Shown here: piece by piece, positions 18,782-29,667 of the stretch
Layout: every line of letters starts with the position of its first letter
Position numbering within the stretch: position 1 is the stretch's first letter
NCBI GenBank assembly: GCA_903881665.1
Contig: CAIRUC010000132.1
Coordinates: 24,168-88,167, forward strand
Length of the DNA stretch: 64,000 nucleotides
From: an uncultured Bacteroidota bacterium
GTDB lineage: Bacteria; Bacteroidota; Bacteroidia; AKYH767-A; OLB10
Direction of reading: 5' to 3'
The notes under the pieces: generated by a model
Told to the model about the DNA's origin: nothing
Seen by the model: the letters and a program-made list of their open reading frames with translations, nothing else
Databases searched by the model: none
Program-made: the position numbers and the translations under genes

Positions 18782-18973
18782 GTAGTTCCCTGTTTTTTAT
18801 TGAAATTTGATGCTGCGAAATTGCAAAAGATCCCTCATGATTGCTATTTTTGTGGCCCGATTGCTTCGAAAAAGAAAAAATTCTTCGATATTATCCGGAC
18901 TTGTTCTTTAAAATAACTATGTTTGCAGCCGCGAAATCAAAAAGTTATTAGTGATTTCATTCCTAAATAGTAT

Positions 18974-19055
18974 GCGCATGTGGCGTAATTGGTAGCCGCG
19001 CCAGACTTAGGATCTGGTGCTTCACGGCGTGGGGGTTCGAGTCCCTCCATGCGCA
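18974..19055 (+). tRNA. tRNA-Leu (anticodon UAG), type II with a long variable arm; no encoded CCA
   Basis: Acceptor stem GCGCATG/CATGCGC. Anticodon stem-loop CCAGA-CTTAGGA-TCTGG. T-arm GGGGG-TTCGAGT-CCCTC. Confidence 0.85.
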
Positions 19056-19062
19056 CAAAATA

Positions 19063-19103
19063 AGAAGGCAGCTTTGCAAACCGCATAGCTGCCTTCTTTG
19101 CAA
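19063..19103 (+). terminator. Rho-independent terminator after tRNA-Leu
   Basis: gaaggcagct-ttgcaaaccgcat-agctgccttc, followed by tttgc. Confidence 0.6.
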
Positions 19104-19226
19104 TAAGACGGCATACATGCATTAGGATGCATATAGTTTATTGAGTTTTATCATTTATTTATGGAAGACGGTTTTTCCGCACTTCCTTTGTCGCAGCTTA
19201 CCTATAATCGCAATATCTGAATACCT

Positions 19227-20597
19227 ATGAATATCCAACAGGAAAAAATCGATTCTCTAAATTCAATTTTAAAAGTTCAGCTGAAACCTGCAGACTATTC
19301 TCCGCAAGTTGATTCGGCTATTAAAAAGTATGCAAAACAAGTTACTATGCCTGGATTCCGTAAAGGAATGGTTCCAGCAGGCTTGGTTCGTAAAATGTAT
19401 GGTAAATCCATGCTCGTCGATGAATTGAATCGTATCGTAGCCGATTCTTTAGATAAATTTATCGCTGATAATAGTCTTAAAGTGTTGGGTAATCCAATGC
19501 CAAAGGCAGATAATGATTTTGAAATGGATCTCGATAAGCCAGGCGATTTCGAATTTGCTTTTGAATTGGGTATTGCGCCTGAAGTGCATTTAATACTGCC
19601 TCCAACGAAGTCGTTTACTTACCATGAAATTCAAGTGGAAAGTAAAGTAATTGATGATGAAATTGCTAAAATCCAACGTCGATACGGTAAGTATATTACT
19701 CCTGAAGTGTCAGATGCGGAATGTTCTGTTTATGGTACTTTTCAAGAATTAGAGGAGTCTGGAAATATTGTTGAAGCCGGACATACAAACCAAAGTTTTG
19801 TATTGCTCGACAAAATAACTGATGCAGATGTACATGCTCAGTTTATAGGCTGTAAAATTTCAGATGTGTTAACATTTAATCCTGTTAAGTCGGTGAAGTC
19901 GGCCGACGAGGTGAAGTATATGTTAGGATTAAAAGAAGGTGATCTTGCCAGCTATGATAAAAACTTCCGTTTTACTATCGAGCGTATTAATAAGGTAGAA
20001 AATGCAGAGTTAACAAATGAATTGTTTGATCAATTATATGGTCCAGATGCCGTTAGCGATATCGCAGGTTTCCGAGATAAAGTAATGGCTGAAATCGCAG
20101 AAGGGTATCGTTATGAAAGTGAAAACGCATTGAAACATGAATTAGAAGATTTTCTTTTACATGAAACAAATATGTCGTTGCCCGATGACTTTTTAAAGCG
20201 TTGGCTGATTTCGGCGAATGAGAAAATTACTGAAGAGCAGTTGGCTCGTGAGTACAATCAGTACGCTCGCGATTTGAAGTGGAGATTGATCGAAAATAAG
20301 ATCTTCACCGATAATAATATGCAAATTAATAATGAAGAAATTGAAAGCTATTCACGTTCGTTAATAGTAGATCAATATCTTCGTTATGGACAAGCGCATC
20401 TTCTTGACGATGAGCGTTTAGGTGATCTTGTAAAGCGTTATTTGGCCGAACAAAATAACATTCAACAAGCTATCGAAAACCTCACAGGAAGAAAAGTTTT
20501 CGAGCACCTGAACCAAATTGTACAAAAAGACGTTAAAAAGGTTACACATGATGAGTTTGTCGATATAATGAGCAAGCATCACCATGATCATCATTAA
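19227..20597 (+). CDS. tig: Trigger factor (ribosome-associated chaperone / PPIase)
   Basis: 456 aa. The N-terminal ribosome-binding region GFRKGMVP is present. It is followed by clpP-clpX in the conserved order. Confidence 0.9.
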   Translation: MNIQQEKIDSLNSILKVQLKPADYSPQVDSAIKKYAKQVTMPGFRKGMVPAGLVRKMYGKSMLVDELNRIVADSLDKFIADNSLKVLGNPMPKADNDFEMDLDKPGDFEFAFELGIAPEVHLILPPTKSFTYHEIQVESKVIDDEIAKIQRRYGKYITPEVSDAECSVYGTFQELEESGNIVEAGHTNQSFVLLDKITDADVHAQFIGCKISDVLTFNPVKSVKSADEVKYMLGLKEGDLASYDKNFRFTIERINKVENAELTNELFDQLYGPDAVSDIAGFRDKVMAEIAEGYRYESENALKHELEDFLLHETNMSLPDDFLKRWLISANEKITEEQLAREYNQYARDLKWRLIENKIFTDNNMQINNEEIESYSRSLIVDQYLRYGQAHLLDDERLGDLVKRYLAEQNNIQQAIENLTGRKVFEHLNQIVQKDVKKVTHDEFVDIMSKHHHDHH

Positions 20598-20620
20598 TCA
20601 AAAAGATTAAAAAAAAACGT

Positions 20621-21298
20621 ATGGACTTCCGTAATGAATTTATGAAATATGCCGTGAAACATCGCGGTATGAGCAGCAATGGAGTAGGTAGTTATATCAA
20701 CTCGGTTTACGCTGATTACATTTCTCCGACTATCATTGAAGAGCGCCAATTAAATGTGGCGCAAATGGATGTATTCTCCCGTCTCATGATGGATAGAATT
20801 ATCTTTATGGGTACCGGTATTAATGATTATGTAGCTAATATTATTCAAGCACAGTTGTTATTTCTTGAGTCTTCAGATGCAAAACGTGATATTACTATTT
20901 ACGTGAATAGTCCAGGAGGTTCTGTTTATGCAGGGTTAGGTATATATGATACAATCCAGTATATTCAACCTGATGTTTCTATGGTTTGCACAGGAATGGC
21001 GGCATCGATGGGTGCAGTTCTTCTCTGCGCTGGAACAAAAGGAAAACGTAGCGCATTGAAACATGCTCGCGTGATGATTCACCAACCATTAGGCGGTGCT
21101 GAAGGTCAAGCTTCAGATATCGAAATCACAGCACGTGAAATTCAGAAGTTGAAAAAAGAATTATACGAGATTATTGCTAACCATAGCGGAAAAGATTATG
21201 ATCAGGTTTGGAAAGATTCCGATCGTGATTATTGGATGACTGCTCAGGAGGCAAAAGATTACGGAATGATTGACGAGATTCTTACAAGAACGAAGTAA
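20621..21298 (+). CDS. clpP: ATP-dependent Clp protease proteolytic subunit
   Basis: 225 aa with catalytic-site regions [11 protein letters not shown] and HQPLGG. Confidence 0.9.
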   Translation: MDFRNEFMKYAVKHRGMSSNGVGSYINSVYADYISPTIIEERQLNVAQMDVFSRLMMDRIIFMGTGINDYVANIIQAQLLFLESSDAKRDITIYVNSPGGSVYAGLGIYDTIQYIQPDVSMVCTGMAASMGAVLLCAGTKGKRSALKHARVMIHQPLGGAEGQASDIEITAREIQKLKKELYEIIANHSGKDYDQVWKDSDRDYWMTAQEAKDYGMIDEILTRTK

Positions 21299-21374
21299 TC
21301 ATTCATCAATAATAAATGAATAGCCGGATACTATAAAATGTGTCCGGCTTTTACTCTTAAAAATAGGTAATACA

Positions 21375-22619
21375 TTGAAGCAGAAACAGGATATTGTTTG
21401 TTCGTTTTGTGGTCGCGATAAAAGTCAGGCAAATGTGCTAATTGCAGGCATCAACGGACATATTTGTGACCAATGCATCGCACAGGCGCAAACCATTATT
21501 AGCGAAGAGCAAGATCAAAAGTTAAAAACCAGTTTTGGTACAGCCCTCACTTTGCCAAAACCTACTGAAATTAAAAAGTCTCTTGATGAGTATGTAATTG
21601 GTCAGGATCATGCCAAAAAAGTAATGGCGGTGGCTGTTTATAATCATTACAAGCGTCTTATTCACAAGAGTAAGGTGAAAGATAAAGATGATGTTGAGAT
21701 TGAAAAATCAAATATTATTATGGTGGGCGAAACTGGTACGGGAAAAACGTTGCTTGCTCGTACAATCGCTAAATTATTAAAAGTTCCTTTTTGCATCGCC
21801 GATGCTACAGTATTAACCGAAGCAGGTTATGTGGGAGAAGATGTTGAAAGTGTTTTAACTCGTTTGTTGCAGGCCGCCGATTATGATGTTACCGCTGCTG
21901 AACGTGGTATCGTTTATATCGACGAGATTGATAAAATTGCGCGTAAAGGAGATAATCCTTCAATCACTCGTGATGTTTCGGGAGAAGGCGTACAACAAGG
22001 TTTGTTAAAGATGTTGGAGAATACTATTATTAATGTGCCGCCCCAAGGAGGTCGAAAACACCCCGAACAAAAAATGATTGCCGTTAATACGCAGCATATT
22101 TTGTTTATCTGTGGAGGTGCATTTGATGGTATCGATAAAATTATAACACGTCGTTTACAAACAGCTTCTTTAGGGTTTTCTCAAAAGAGTGATCAAGTGG
22201 AAATTGATCGTAGTAACTTAATGCAATACGTGACTCCATCTGATTTGAAATCGTTCGGATTAATACCTGAATTAATTGGGCGTTTGCCTATGATTACGCA
22301 CTTGGCTCCACTCGACCGAGAAACGCTGCGACGTATTTTAACGGAACCTAAAAACGCACTTACGCGTCAGTATCATAAACTTTTTGAAATGGAAAATATT
22401 AAACTTTCATTTTCAGATGAGGTGCTCGATTATATTGTAGAAAAAGCAATTGAGTTTAAGCTAGGTGCTCGCGGATTAAGATCTATTTGTGAAGCCATTA
22501 TGCTCGATGCGATGTATGAGGTGCCAGGAAATAAAAAAGAAAAAGATTTCGAAATTACGATTAAGTACGCTAAGGAGAAATTGCTGAAAGCAAATGTTAA
22601 CCAGTTGAGAGTTGCCTAA
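21375..22619 (+). CDS. clpX: ATP-dependent Clp protease ATP-binding subunit ClpX
   Basis: Zn-finger CSFCGRDKS...CDQC and Walker A GETGTGKT. The ORF begins with TTG; no in-frame ATG lies upstream. Confidence 0.9.
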   Translation: MKQKQDIVCSFCGRDKSQANVLIAGINGHICDQCIAQAQTIISEEQDQKLKTSFGTALTLPKPTEIKKSLDEYVIGQDHAKKVMAVAVYNHYKRLIHKSKVKDKDDVEIEKSNIIMVGETGTGKTLLARTIAKLLKVPFCIADATVLTEAGYVGEDVESVLTRLLQAADYDVTAAERGIVYIDEIDKIARKGDNPSITRDVSGEGVQQGLLKMLENTIINVPPQGGRKHPEQKMIAVNTQHILFICGGAFDGIDKIITRRLQTASLGFSQKSDQVEIDRSNLMQYVTPSDLKSFGLIPELIGRLPMITHLAPLDRETLRRILTEPKNALTRQYHKLFEMENIKLSFSDEVLDYIVEKAIEFKLGARGLRSICEAIMLDAMYEVPGNKKEKDFEITIKYAKEKLLKANVNQLRVA

Positions 22620-22819
22620 GCTAAAATGGATAAGATATAAAGATCAATGTCGAGAGATGTTGGTCTTTTTTTATGTCCATCGGTAATCTGCAATAGAATT
22701 TGCAGATTGCTTAATGTGTTAAATGAAAGATTGAGCTTCTATTGTAAATTAAAATGCGCCAGCCCTCACCGGCTTTGCCTTACCGAAAACGGTATACCTT
22801 AAATTCAATGGAGGTGAAT

Positions 22820-23311
22820 TTAAAACCCTATCCTCTCATACTCCGAAAACGAATATTCATGCACGTTTTTTTCGTCTGCATGATGGCGAAAATAAGAAAG
22901 TAGTCGCCATTCTGCTAAACTAAATTCAGGGAAATGTGCATCGCCTTCAAACTCTGTGTAAATACGAGTGATATAAAGTTTATCGGCAGCATATATTGAT
23001 TGCTTATAAATTTCTGCACCGCCAATAATAAAAACTTCTTCTTCGTTTAAGCAAGCATCAACAGCATCTTGTAACGAATAAAAAATTTCGCAGCATTCAG
23101 CGCTAAAGTCTTCGCTGCGGGTAATAACAATGTTTCTTCGGTTCGGTAAAGCTTTGCCTATCGAATCATAGGTCTTTCTTCCCATGATGATGGTATGTCC
23201 GCTAGTAATGTTTTTGAAATGCTTTAAATCAGCTGGTAGGCGCCATATCAACGCATTGTTATTTCCAATTACATTGTGTTTTGCCATTGCGGCGATAAGT
23301 GAAAGAATCAT
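22820..23311 (-). CDS. folA: Dihydrofolate reductase
   Basis: 163 aa (MILSLIAAMAKHNVIGNNNALIWRLPADLKHF...). It is tightly coupled to the upstream thyA. Confidence 0.85.
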   Translation of the reverse strand: MILSLIAAMAKHNVIGNNNALIWRLPADLKHFKNITSGHTIIMGRKTYDSIGKALPNRRNIVITRSEDFSAECCEIFYSLQDAVDACLNEEEVFIIGGAEIYKQSIYAADKLYITRIYTEFEGDAHFPEFSLAEWRLLSYFRHHADEKNVHEYSFSEYERIGF

Positions 23312-23314
23312 AAT

Positions 23315-24109
23315 CTATACAGCTACGGCTCCTTTTATGGCAGGATGCGATTGATAGTTAATAACGGCAATGTCTTCGAATTTGAAATCGAAGATGTTTT
23401 TGATTAACGGATTTAATTCCAAAGTGGGTAATTGTAACGGCTCTCGTGTGAGCTGTAGTTTTACTTGCTCGAAGTGATTGCTGTATATATGAGCATCGCC
23501 TAATGTGTGAACAAATTCTCCTGCTTTTAATCCGCATACTTGTGCTACCATATGTGTCAACAAGGCATACGAGGCAATGTTAAACGGAACTCCTAAAAAT
23601 AAATCAGCACTGCGTTGATATAATTGGCAACTTAATTTTCCGTCGGCAACATAAAATTGAAATAAAATATGACAGGGAGGTAAAGCCATCTTACTAACTT
23701 CCCCAACGTTCCATGCATTTACTAATAAGCGTCGTGAATCGGGATTCTTTTTAATTTGCTCTATCAGCTGCGAAATTTGATCCACCGATTCGCCGTTAGC
23801 CGTAGGCCAAGAGCGCCATTGATATCCGTAAACAGGACCTAGATTTCCATTTGCATCGGCCCATTCATCCCAAATCGAAACGCCATTATCTTTCAGATAT
23901 TTGATATTGGTTTCGCCTTTCAAAAACCACAATAATTCGTGGATTATAGATTTAGTGTGAACTTTCTTTGTGGTTACTAATGGAAATCCTTCTGCTAAAT
24001 TAAATCGCATTTGATAACCGAATACACTCACGGTTCCAGTTCCTGTGCGGTCTTCTTTTTTTACCCCATGTTCCATTACATGGCGTAGCAGATCGTTGTA
24101 TTGTTTCAT
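23315..24109 (-). CDS. thyA: Thymidylate synthase
   Basis: 264 aa. The active-site region LPPCH and the classic ThyA N-terminus [15 protein letters not shown] are present. Confidence 0.9.
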   Translation of the reverse strand: MKQYNDLLRHVMEHGVKKEDRTGTGTVSVFGYQMRFNLAEGFPLVTTKKVHTKSIIHELLWFLKGETNIKYLKDNGVSIWDEWADANGNLGPVYGYQWRSWPTANGESVDQISQLIEQIKKNPDSRRLLVNAWNVGEVSKMALPPCHILFQFYVADGKLSCQLYQRSADLFLGVPFNIASYALLTHMVAQVCGLKAGEFVHTLGDAHIYSNHFEQVKLQLTREPLQLPTLELNPLIKNIFDFKFEDIAVINYQSHPAIKGAVAV

Positions 24110-24135
24110 GCGATTAGTAGCAAATATAAATGAAG

Positions 24136-24516
24136 TTATTCTTCAGAGGGTTTTTGATCGTCGGCAGGAGGGATGTGAAGATTTTTGAAAATATTCTCCA
24201 TTTTTTCAACATAGTCAAGCGAGTCGTCATGGAAGAATTCAAGTTCAGGGATAATACGCGCCTGTTTTCCAATGCGATCGCCTAAGGCTTTTCGGATTTC
24301 ATTTTTGTGAATCGAAAATTGTTTCAGAATATTTTTCGGATCTTGTGCTTTAAACATACTTAACTGCACACGGGCAAGTCCTAAGTCGGGGGTAACGCGT
24401 ACACCAGTAACTGTTACGAAGTGATTTCCATACCAGTTGCGGCCTTCCCGCTGTAAAATTTCCCCTAGCTCTTTTTGAATGAGTCGGGCGTATTTTTGTT
24501 GACGAACTGAATCCAT
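24136..24516 (-). CDS. rbfA: Ribosome-binding factor A
   Basis: 126 aa with the RbfA KH-like core ([17 protein letters not shown]...[16 protein letters not shown]). Confidence 0.8.
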   Translation of the reverse strand: MDSVRQQKYARLIQKELGEILQREGRNWYGNHFVTVTGVRVTPDLGLARVQLSMFKAQDPKNILKQFSIHKNEIRKALGDRIGKQARIIPELEFFHDDSLDYVEKMENIFKNLHIPPADDQKPSEE

Positions 24517-24623
24517 GCCGCAAAGGTAGCTTTTACTTGCGAAATATAGTCGAAAATAATATGCGTGACAATTAGATTGAGTTACTTTCGTTTTATCTTT
24601 ACATCCAAGAATTTCGAAAGTTT

Positions 24624-25025
24624 ATGAAAAAATTATCACTTCTGCTCGCTAGTTCCTTTCTGATGATTCTGGCTTCTTGTACTGATGATACTGGCGATAT
24701 TATTCCTACCTCGGATGCGAGAGATAAATTTACCGGTGATTGGTTATGTAAAGAATCTAGTTCGGTTACTCCGTTTACAATTAATATTTCGAAATTGGGT
24801 GATGGAGATTCTCTCCTCATCAAGAACTTTAGTAATTACGGCGATTTAACCAATACCTATGCTGAGGTTACCGTAAATTCTCTTACGATTCCTTTTCAAA
24901 AAATAGGAGTGACTTATATTCCAGTAAGTGGTTCAGGAATATATAGTAGCGCCGGAGGCACCGACAAAATTACGATGAACTACACTACCGACGGCCAATC
25001 AGCAACAGCGGTTTGTACACATTAG
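24624..25025 (+). CDS. Small lipoprotein (lipocalin-like), function unknown
   Basis: Lipoprotein signal MKKLSLLLASSFLMILASC, followed by a ~110-aa β-rich region. Confidence 0.5.
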   Translation: MKKLSLLLASSFLMILASCTDDTGDIIPTSDARDKFTGDWLCKESSSVTPFTINISKLGDGDSLLIKNFSNYGDLTNTYAEVTVNSLTIPFQKIGVTYIPVSGSGIYSSAGGTDKITMNYTTDGQSATAVCTH

Positions 25026-25409
25026 TGAATTTTGCGTAGCGTTTTGAAGGGCGATTTGCTTAATTGGCTAATAGGGATTAGTGCTGATATTAATCGTCAG
25101 CACAGCAAATGACGCTGATTTTACAGATTTAAGCCGGTTATTGCCCTTAGTTACTAGTTGTCTTCGAAATGGGAGATTTATTATATATCATCTACGACGA
25201 TAGGTGAAGCCTTGAGCGGAATCGATTTCAGAAAAGGATTTGTAAATTAATTGTGATTTAATTTCTGGCGATAGGTAATAGACTATAGATGAACAAAGTT
25301 CTCCTATGGGATTCGCGATTAAATTCAGTCGTTAAGTCATTCAGATATTCTTTTGCCGAACTTTGCTCCCCATTTTCAAATTTTCAAATCGAAAAATTTT
25401 CAAATTAAA

Positions 25410-26723
25410 TTATTGATCACCGTCTACTTGTTCGGGATTTACAATAGTCATTTTAACGAAGTCGACACTGTGTTTAAACCGCTTTAAAATAGTGAATTCG
25501 TAACCTCCGTAGATGCGTTTTTCGTTAACAGCTGGAATGCGTCCGTAGATGTAGTTTAAGAGTCCCGAAACAGTATCGTAATTCGGACTTTCTTCTACTG
25601 TGATTGGAAGCAAATCATTCACATCGCCAATTGATGCTGTTGCGTTTACGATGAATTCGGTTTCGCTTTTCTTCTCTACGGGAGGCTTTTCATCATCATA
25701 TTCATCCTGAATTTCTCCTACTAATTCTTCTATGATATCTTCCATCGTTACTATTCCTGCCGTGCCGCCAAATTCATTGGTAACAATGGCCATTTGAATG
25801 TGCTGAGTCTGGAATTCACGCAATAAATCATTGATGCGTTTGTTGAGGGGGATAAAATACGCAGGGCGAATGAGATCGTTAATGCCTTTGAAGTTTTTTT
25901 CGTAAAGAATTTTTATTAAATCTTTCGTGTAAACAACTCCGATAATATTGTCGAGTGATTCTTGATAGACAGGCATTCTTGAATACCCTTCGTCGATCAC
26001 TTTTTGTACTACTTCTTCTTTCGTCGATTCAACGTCGATGGCCGAAATTTTGGTGCGCGGAATTAATATTTGTCGCACTACACGATCGTCAAATTCGAAT
26101 ACATTCTGAATTAATTCGTTTTCCGAAGATTTTATCGCTCCACCTTCTTCCGATTCCGTTAAAAGCATTCTGATTTCTTCTTCTGTATGTATCTCGTTAT
26201 GATCGGCAGTCTGCATTCCAAAAATGCGAAGCATTAAATGAGATAAACTGTTTAGCACCCAAATAAAGGGTGCGAAAATGGCATACAGTGCTCTTAAAGG
26301 AAATGCAATTATTAACGTAAATGCAAGGGGATTGCGTATAGCTGCTGTTTTCGGCACCTGTTCTCCTAAAACAATATGTAATACAGTAATAAGAACGAAT
26401 GCTATTACGATAGATACTTGATGTAGATTATCGGTGGCTAAATCAGCACCGAACATAGCAGCAATATTGCCAACAGCTTTGGCCACTACGGGTTCTCCTA
26501 TCCATCCTAATCCTAAACTCGCTAAAGTTATTCCTAATTGACAAGCGCTTAAATAGCCGTCCATGTGCAAAAGAATATGCTGTGCAGTTTGCGCAAATCG
26601 GTTGCCCTGATTCGCTTTAACATCCACCTGTGAGGCTCTTACTTTTACAATCGCAAATTCGGCGGCAACGAAGAATCCATTTAAAAATACGAGGAGGGCA
26701 GTAAATAATATATCAGCAATCAT
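25410..26723 (-). CDS. CNNM/CorC-HlyC family membrane protein (DUF21-CBS pair-CorC_HlyC), a putative Mg/Co efflux or hemolysin-family protein
   Basis: 437 aa: an N-terminal 4-TM DUF21, tandem CBS domains, then a C-terminal transporter-associated domain. Confidence 0.8.
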   Translation of the reverse strand: MIADILFTALLVFLNGFFVAAEFAIVKVRASQVDVKANQGNRFAQTAQHILLHMDGYLSACQLGITLASLGLGWIGEPVVAKAVGNIAAMFGADLATDNLHQVSIVIAFVLITVLHIVLGEQVPKTAAIRNPLAFTLIIAFPLRALYAIFAPFIWVLNSLSHLMLRIFGMQTADHNEIHTEEEIRMLLTESEEGGAIKSSENELIQNVFEFDDRVVRQILIPRTKISAIDVESTKEEVVQKVIDEGYSRMPVYQESLDNIIGVVYTKDLIKILYEKNFKGINDLIRPAYFIPLNKRINDLLREFQTQHIQMAIVTNEFGGTAGIVTMEDIIEELVGEIQDEYDDEKPPVEKKSETEFIVNATASIGDVNDLLPITVEESPNYDTVSGLLNYIYGRIPAVNEKRIYGGYEFTILKRFKHSVDFVKMTIVNPEQVDGDQ

Positions 26724-26817
26724 TGATGGGTGTTACTCGGTTCGGTTTGTGTTGCAAAGATACATTAGTGTAGCTTAGAAACGTTGAATAACAATAATTT
26801 AATTAACAAACCCTCTT

Positions 26818-27144
26818 TTACTGAAGTTTTTCGTTGTTTTGGTGTCGGTCTTTGTCGCGCTTTGTTTTCTTTTCAAAGTTCTTTTCAAGGGCTTCGGTGA
26901 GATTAACACCTGTTTGGTTGGCTATGCAGATAAGTACCCATAATACGTCTGCCATTTCATCGGCAGGATCGGCTTTTTCTTCTCCGGCTTTGAACGATTG
27001 TTCTCCGTATTTCCTCGACATAATTCTCGCCAATTCACCCACTTCTTCGGTTAATATGGCCATGTTTGTTAATTCATTAAAATAACGAACTCCTATCGTT
27101 TTTATCCATGCGTCTACCTGTTGCTGCGCTTCGCTGATTGTCAT
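26818..27144 (-). CDS. MazG-like nucleotide pyrophosphohydrolase domain protein
   Basis: 108 aa. The EEVGELARI...ADEMADVLWVLICIA segment is typical of the MazG/YpjD fold. Confidence 0.7.
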   Translation of the reverse strand: MTISEAQQQVDAWIKTIGVRYFNELTNMAILTEEVGELARIMSRKYGEQSFKAGEEKADPADEMADVLWVLICIANQTGVNLTEALEKNFEKKTKRDKDRHQNNEKLQ

Positions 27145-27239
27145 GTTGATTTATTTATAGGTTAAAGATGTGCAAAAATCGTTAATAGTTCAAAACAGAT
27201 AACGTTACTTAAGTATTGTTTCTAGGTATTTTTGTTGCT

Positions 27240-28454
27240 ATGCAATTGCTTTCAGTTTATAAACAAGCTTTTTCGAATCTTCAGCGAAATATCTGGGTGC
27301 TTAGTTTGGCAATGTTTATTAATCGTTGCGGTTCGATGGTGCTTTTGTTTACTTCTTTGTATCTCACTCGCGAATTGCATATTAGTATTGCTGATGCAGG
27401 TATGGTGATGAGTTTTTACGGAGTAGGCAGTGTGTTGGGCAGTTATTCGGGTGGTTGGCTTGCCGATAGACGAAGTTATTATGATATCATGGTTGCTTCG
27501 TTGTTTGTGTGCGCTGCTGTATTAATGTTGATGACTGTTGTAGCTTCGTTTGCAGGTATCGCTGTAATTATGTTTTTCTATGCGTTTACTGCCGATATTT
27601 TTCGTCCCGCAAACGCAAAGGCAATAGCTGTTTTTAGTGACTCAACCAATCGAACACGATCCGTTTCTCTGCTTCGTTTGGCAGTAAATTTAGGATTCTC
27701 TATTGGTCCGGCAGTTGGTGGTTTTGTTGCCGTTCATTTGGGATATACTTGGCTCTTTGTGATTGATGCAAGTACGTCGGTTCTAGCTGCGCTAATGCTG
27801 ATGTTTTATTTGCCGCGAAAGAAAGTTGAATTGAAAAAGAGTGATCACGCTGTGCTGAATGATGTAAGCACATCCGCGTATCGAGATTGGAAATACCTCT
27901 TGTTTATTGTTGGAGTTGCTATTTATGGTACTTGTTTCTTTCAGATTTTTGCTAGCGTACCTCAATATTTTAATAAAGTTTGTCATTATAGTGAAGATGT
28001 TATTGGGTTGCTATTGGCATTAAACGGTTTGTTAGTAGTGCTTATTGAAATGCCGATGATGTTGATGCTCGAGAAAAATTTGCGTACTTATAATTACATC
28101 ATCGCTGGAGTTTTGTGTTTGCCTATCTCCTTTATTGTTTTGAAATTTGGTGCTGGGTTATTAATCACAGCAGTGCTTTATACAATTATTATTACCTTCT
28201 CTGAAATATTTGCGATGCCTTTTATGATGAATTATTCGTTGTCGCGGCCTAAGAAGGAGCGCCAAGGACAGTATTCGGCATTGTATTCTATTGCCTATGG
28301 AATTGCTAATATTGCAGCTCCTTCGGTAGGATTGGGAATTGCTGCAGCTTATGGTTTCGACAATATGTTTAATTTTATTATCGCATTAAGTTTTTTGCTT
28401 GCTAGCGGATTTTATTGGTTAAAAAAAAGTTCAGAAAAAATTAAAATAGTATGA
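27240..28454 (+). CDS. MFS transporter
   Basis: 12 predicted TM helices in an MFS pattern. The start was chosen at ATG (MQLLSV); the ORF-track TTG start is at 27216. Confidence 0.7.
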   Translation: MQLLSVYKQAFSNLQRNIWVLSLAMFINRCGSMVLLFTSLYLTRELHISIADAGMVMSFYGVGSVLGSYSGGWLADRRSYYDIMVASLFVCAAVLMLMTVVASFAGIAVIMFFYAFTADIFRPANAKAIAVFSDSTNRTRSVSLLRLAVNLGFSIGPAVGGFVAVHLGYTWLFVIDASTSVLAALMLMFYLPRKKVELKKSDHAVLNDVSTSAYRDWKYLLFIVGVAIYGTCFFQIFASVPQYFNKVCHYSEDVIGLLLALNGLLVVLIEMPMMLMLEKNLRTYNYIIAGVLCLPISFIVLKFGAGLLITAVLYTIIITFSEIFAMPFMMNYSLSRPKKERQGQYSALYSIAYGIANIAAPSVGLGIAAAYGFDNMFNFIIALSFLLASGFYWLKKSSEKIKIV

Positions 28455-28903
28455 AAGTAGTGATTCAAAGAGTGGCGGAAGCATCGGTATTAATTGATGG
28501 ATTAGAAACTCGATCGATAGGGCAGGGCTTTATGATTTTGTTAGGAATCACTCACGATGATGCTAATGAAGATGTTGAATGGTTGTGTAAAAAAATTGTG
28601 CAGATGCGAATTTTCCCCGACGAAGAAGGTGTGATGAATAAGAGTGTTTTAGATGTAGATGGCGATGTATTATTGATCAGTCAATTTACTTTATATGCCT
28701 CAACAAAAAAAGGGAATCGCCCTTCTTATATTAATGCTGCTCGTCCCGATATCGCTACCCCGCTCTACGAGCAATTTATCACTCAGCTTCAATCCGATTT
28801 AGGAAAAAATATTTCGACCGGAAAATTTGGCGCCGATATGAAAGTAAGCCTCGTGAATGATGGACCTGTTACGATTATTGTAGACTCAAAGGCAAAAGAT
28901 TAG
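28451..28903 (+). CDS. dtd: D-aminoacyl-tRNA deacylase
   Basis: 150 aa (MKVVIQRVAEASVLIDG...SQFTLYA..GNRPS) with the canonical Dtd motifs. It overlaps the MFS gene by 4 nt. Confidence 0.85.
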   Translation: MKVVIQRVAEASVLIDGLETRSIGQGFMILLGITHDDANEDVEWLCKKIVQMRIFPDEEGVMNKSVLDVDGDVLLISQFTLYASTKKGNRPSYINAARPDIATPLYEQFITQLQSDLGKNISTGKFGADMKVSLVNDGPVTIIVDSKAKD

Positions 28904-29280
28904 AGATCTGAAAATTGGGAGCAAAGTTGTTTTGAAAGAGGGAAGCTTCATGACACATGATTCAATTAGATTTCGAACGTCTTGAGATCGATGTTATGTA
29001 ACCATATTTTTTGGAGTTTTATGCTAGATATGGAGAATACACAATTCATGCAATTTCGTTTCAGTACATAAATCTCAAGACTTAATAAAATTGTACATCC
29101 CTAACATAGGTTGACCAATTTTAAATGACATTAAGTTTTAAAAAGATTTTTTAAAAAAATTAATTGCCTTCAACTAGGTAAGGTAAAAGTATTTCTCTTT
29201 TTAGTCAGCGAAGCTTGAAATAGGTTTAAAAACTTTGATTATTCAGACATTATCCAAATATTTGAAAAGATTTAACGAAA

Positions 29281-29531
29281 TTTTATATCGAAGCGGATCG
29301 TCTACCTTAAATTTTTGCGGAAAGAACGATGAGGACGAAAACGAAAAAAATAAACACTGCTTGAGGCTTGAAAAAGATTTCTTTCAGGGCGAGTTTGTTT
29401 ATTCCCGCTGGAGTTGAAATCGTTCCCGATAAAAATTTTACAGCGTCTATTGCATTTTACTGCAGGAAAAAGCGAGCGCCATCGCGCGGCTGCAAGAGTG
29501 GAAAAGTTTTATTCCGTATTTCTATCATTGA
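29281..29531. repeat. Copy 2 of the conserved ~250-nt non-coding element (see copy 1 at 1208-1493)
   Basis: It shares the same conserved blocks and order as copy 1, and it lies in the convergent intergenic region between dtd and rsgA. Its internal ORFs of 60 and 74 aa have no start-codon counterpart or conservation in copy 1. Confidence 0.6.
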
Positions 29532-29667
29532 CAAATTTGTTTTCAATATAATATACCCCACAAAGACCAGAAGGCTCCTGTTTGTCCGATAAATTATAAC
29601 TAAAAAGGTCAACCATATTAAGGGATGTTCAAATCATCTTGGATCTTTCATTCTGCATCTTCCATCG

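Noticed and set aside
18937-19122. 61-aa minus-strand ORF
   Set aside because: It overlaps tRNA-Leu and its terminator completely, so it is an artefact.
25374-25410. TTTTCAAAT x3 direct repeat and a GTGCTGA/TCAGCAC palindrome (25078-25102) downstream of the CorC-family gene
   Set aside because: These are short AT-rich repeats of low information content with no flanking T-run or gene start. They are probably not functional.
29235-29592. 60-aa and 74-aa ORFs inside repeat copy 2
   Set aside because: The homologous copy 1 has no start codon and an early stop in the same frame. The conservation is at DNA/RNA level, so the ORFs are spurious.
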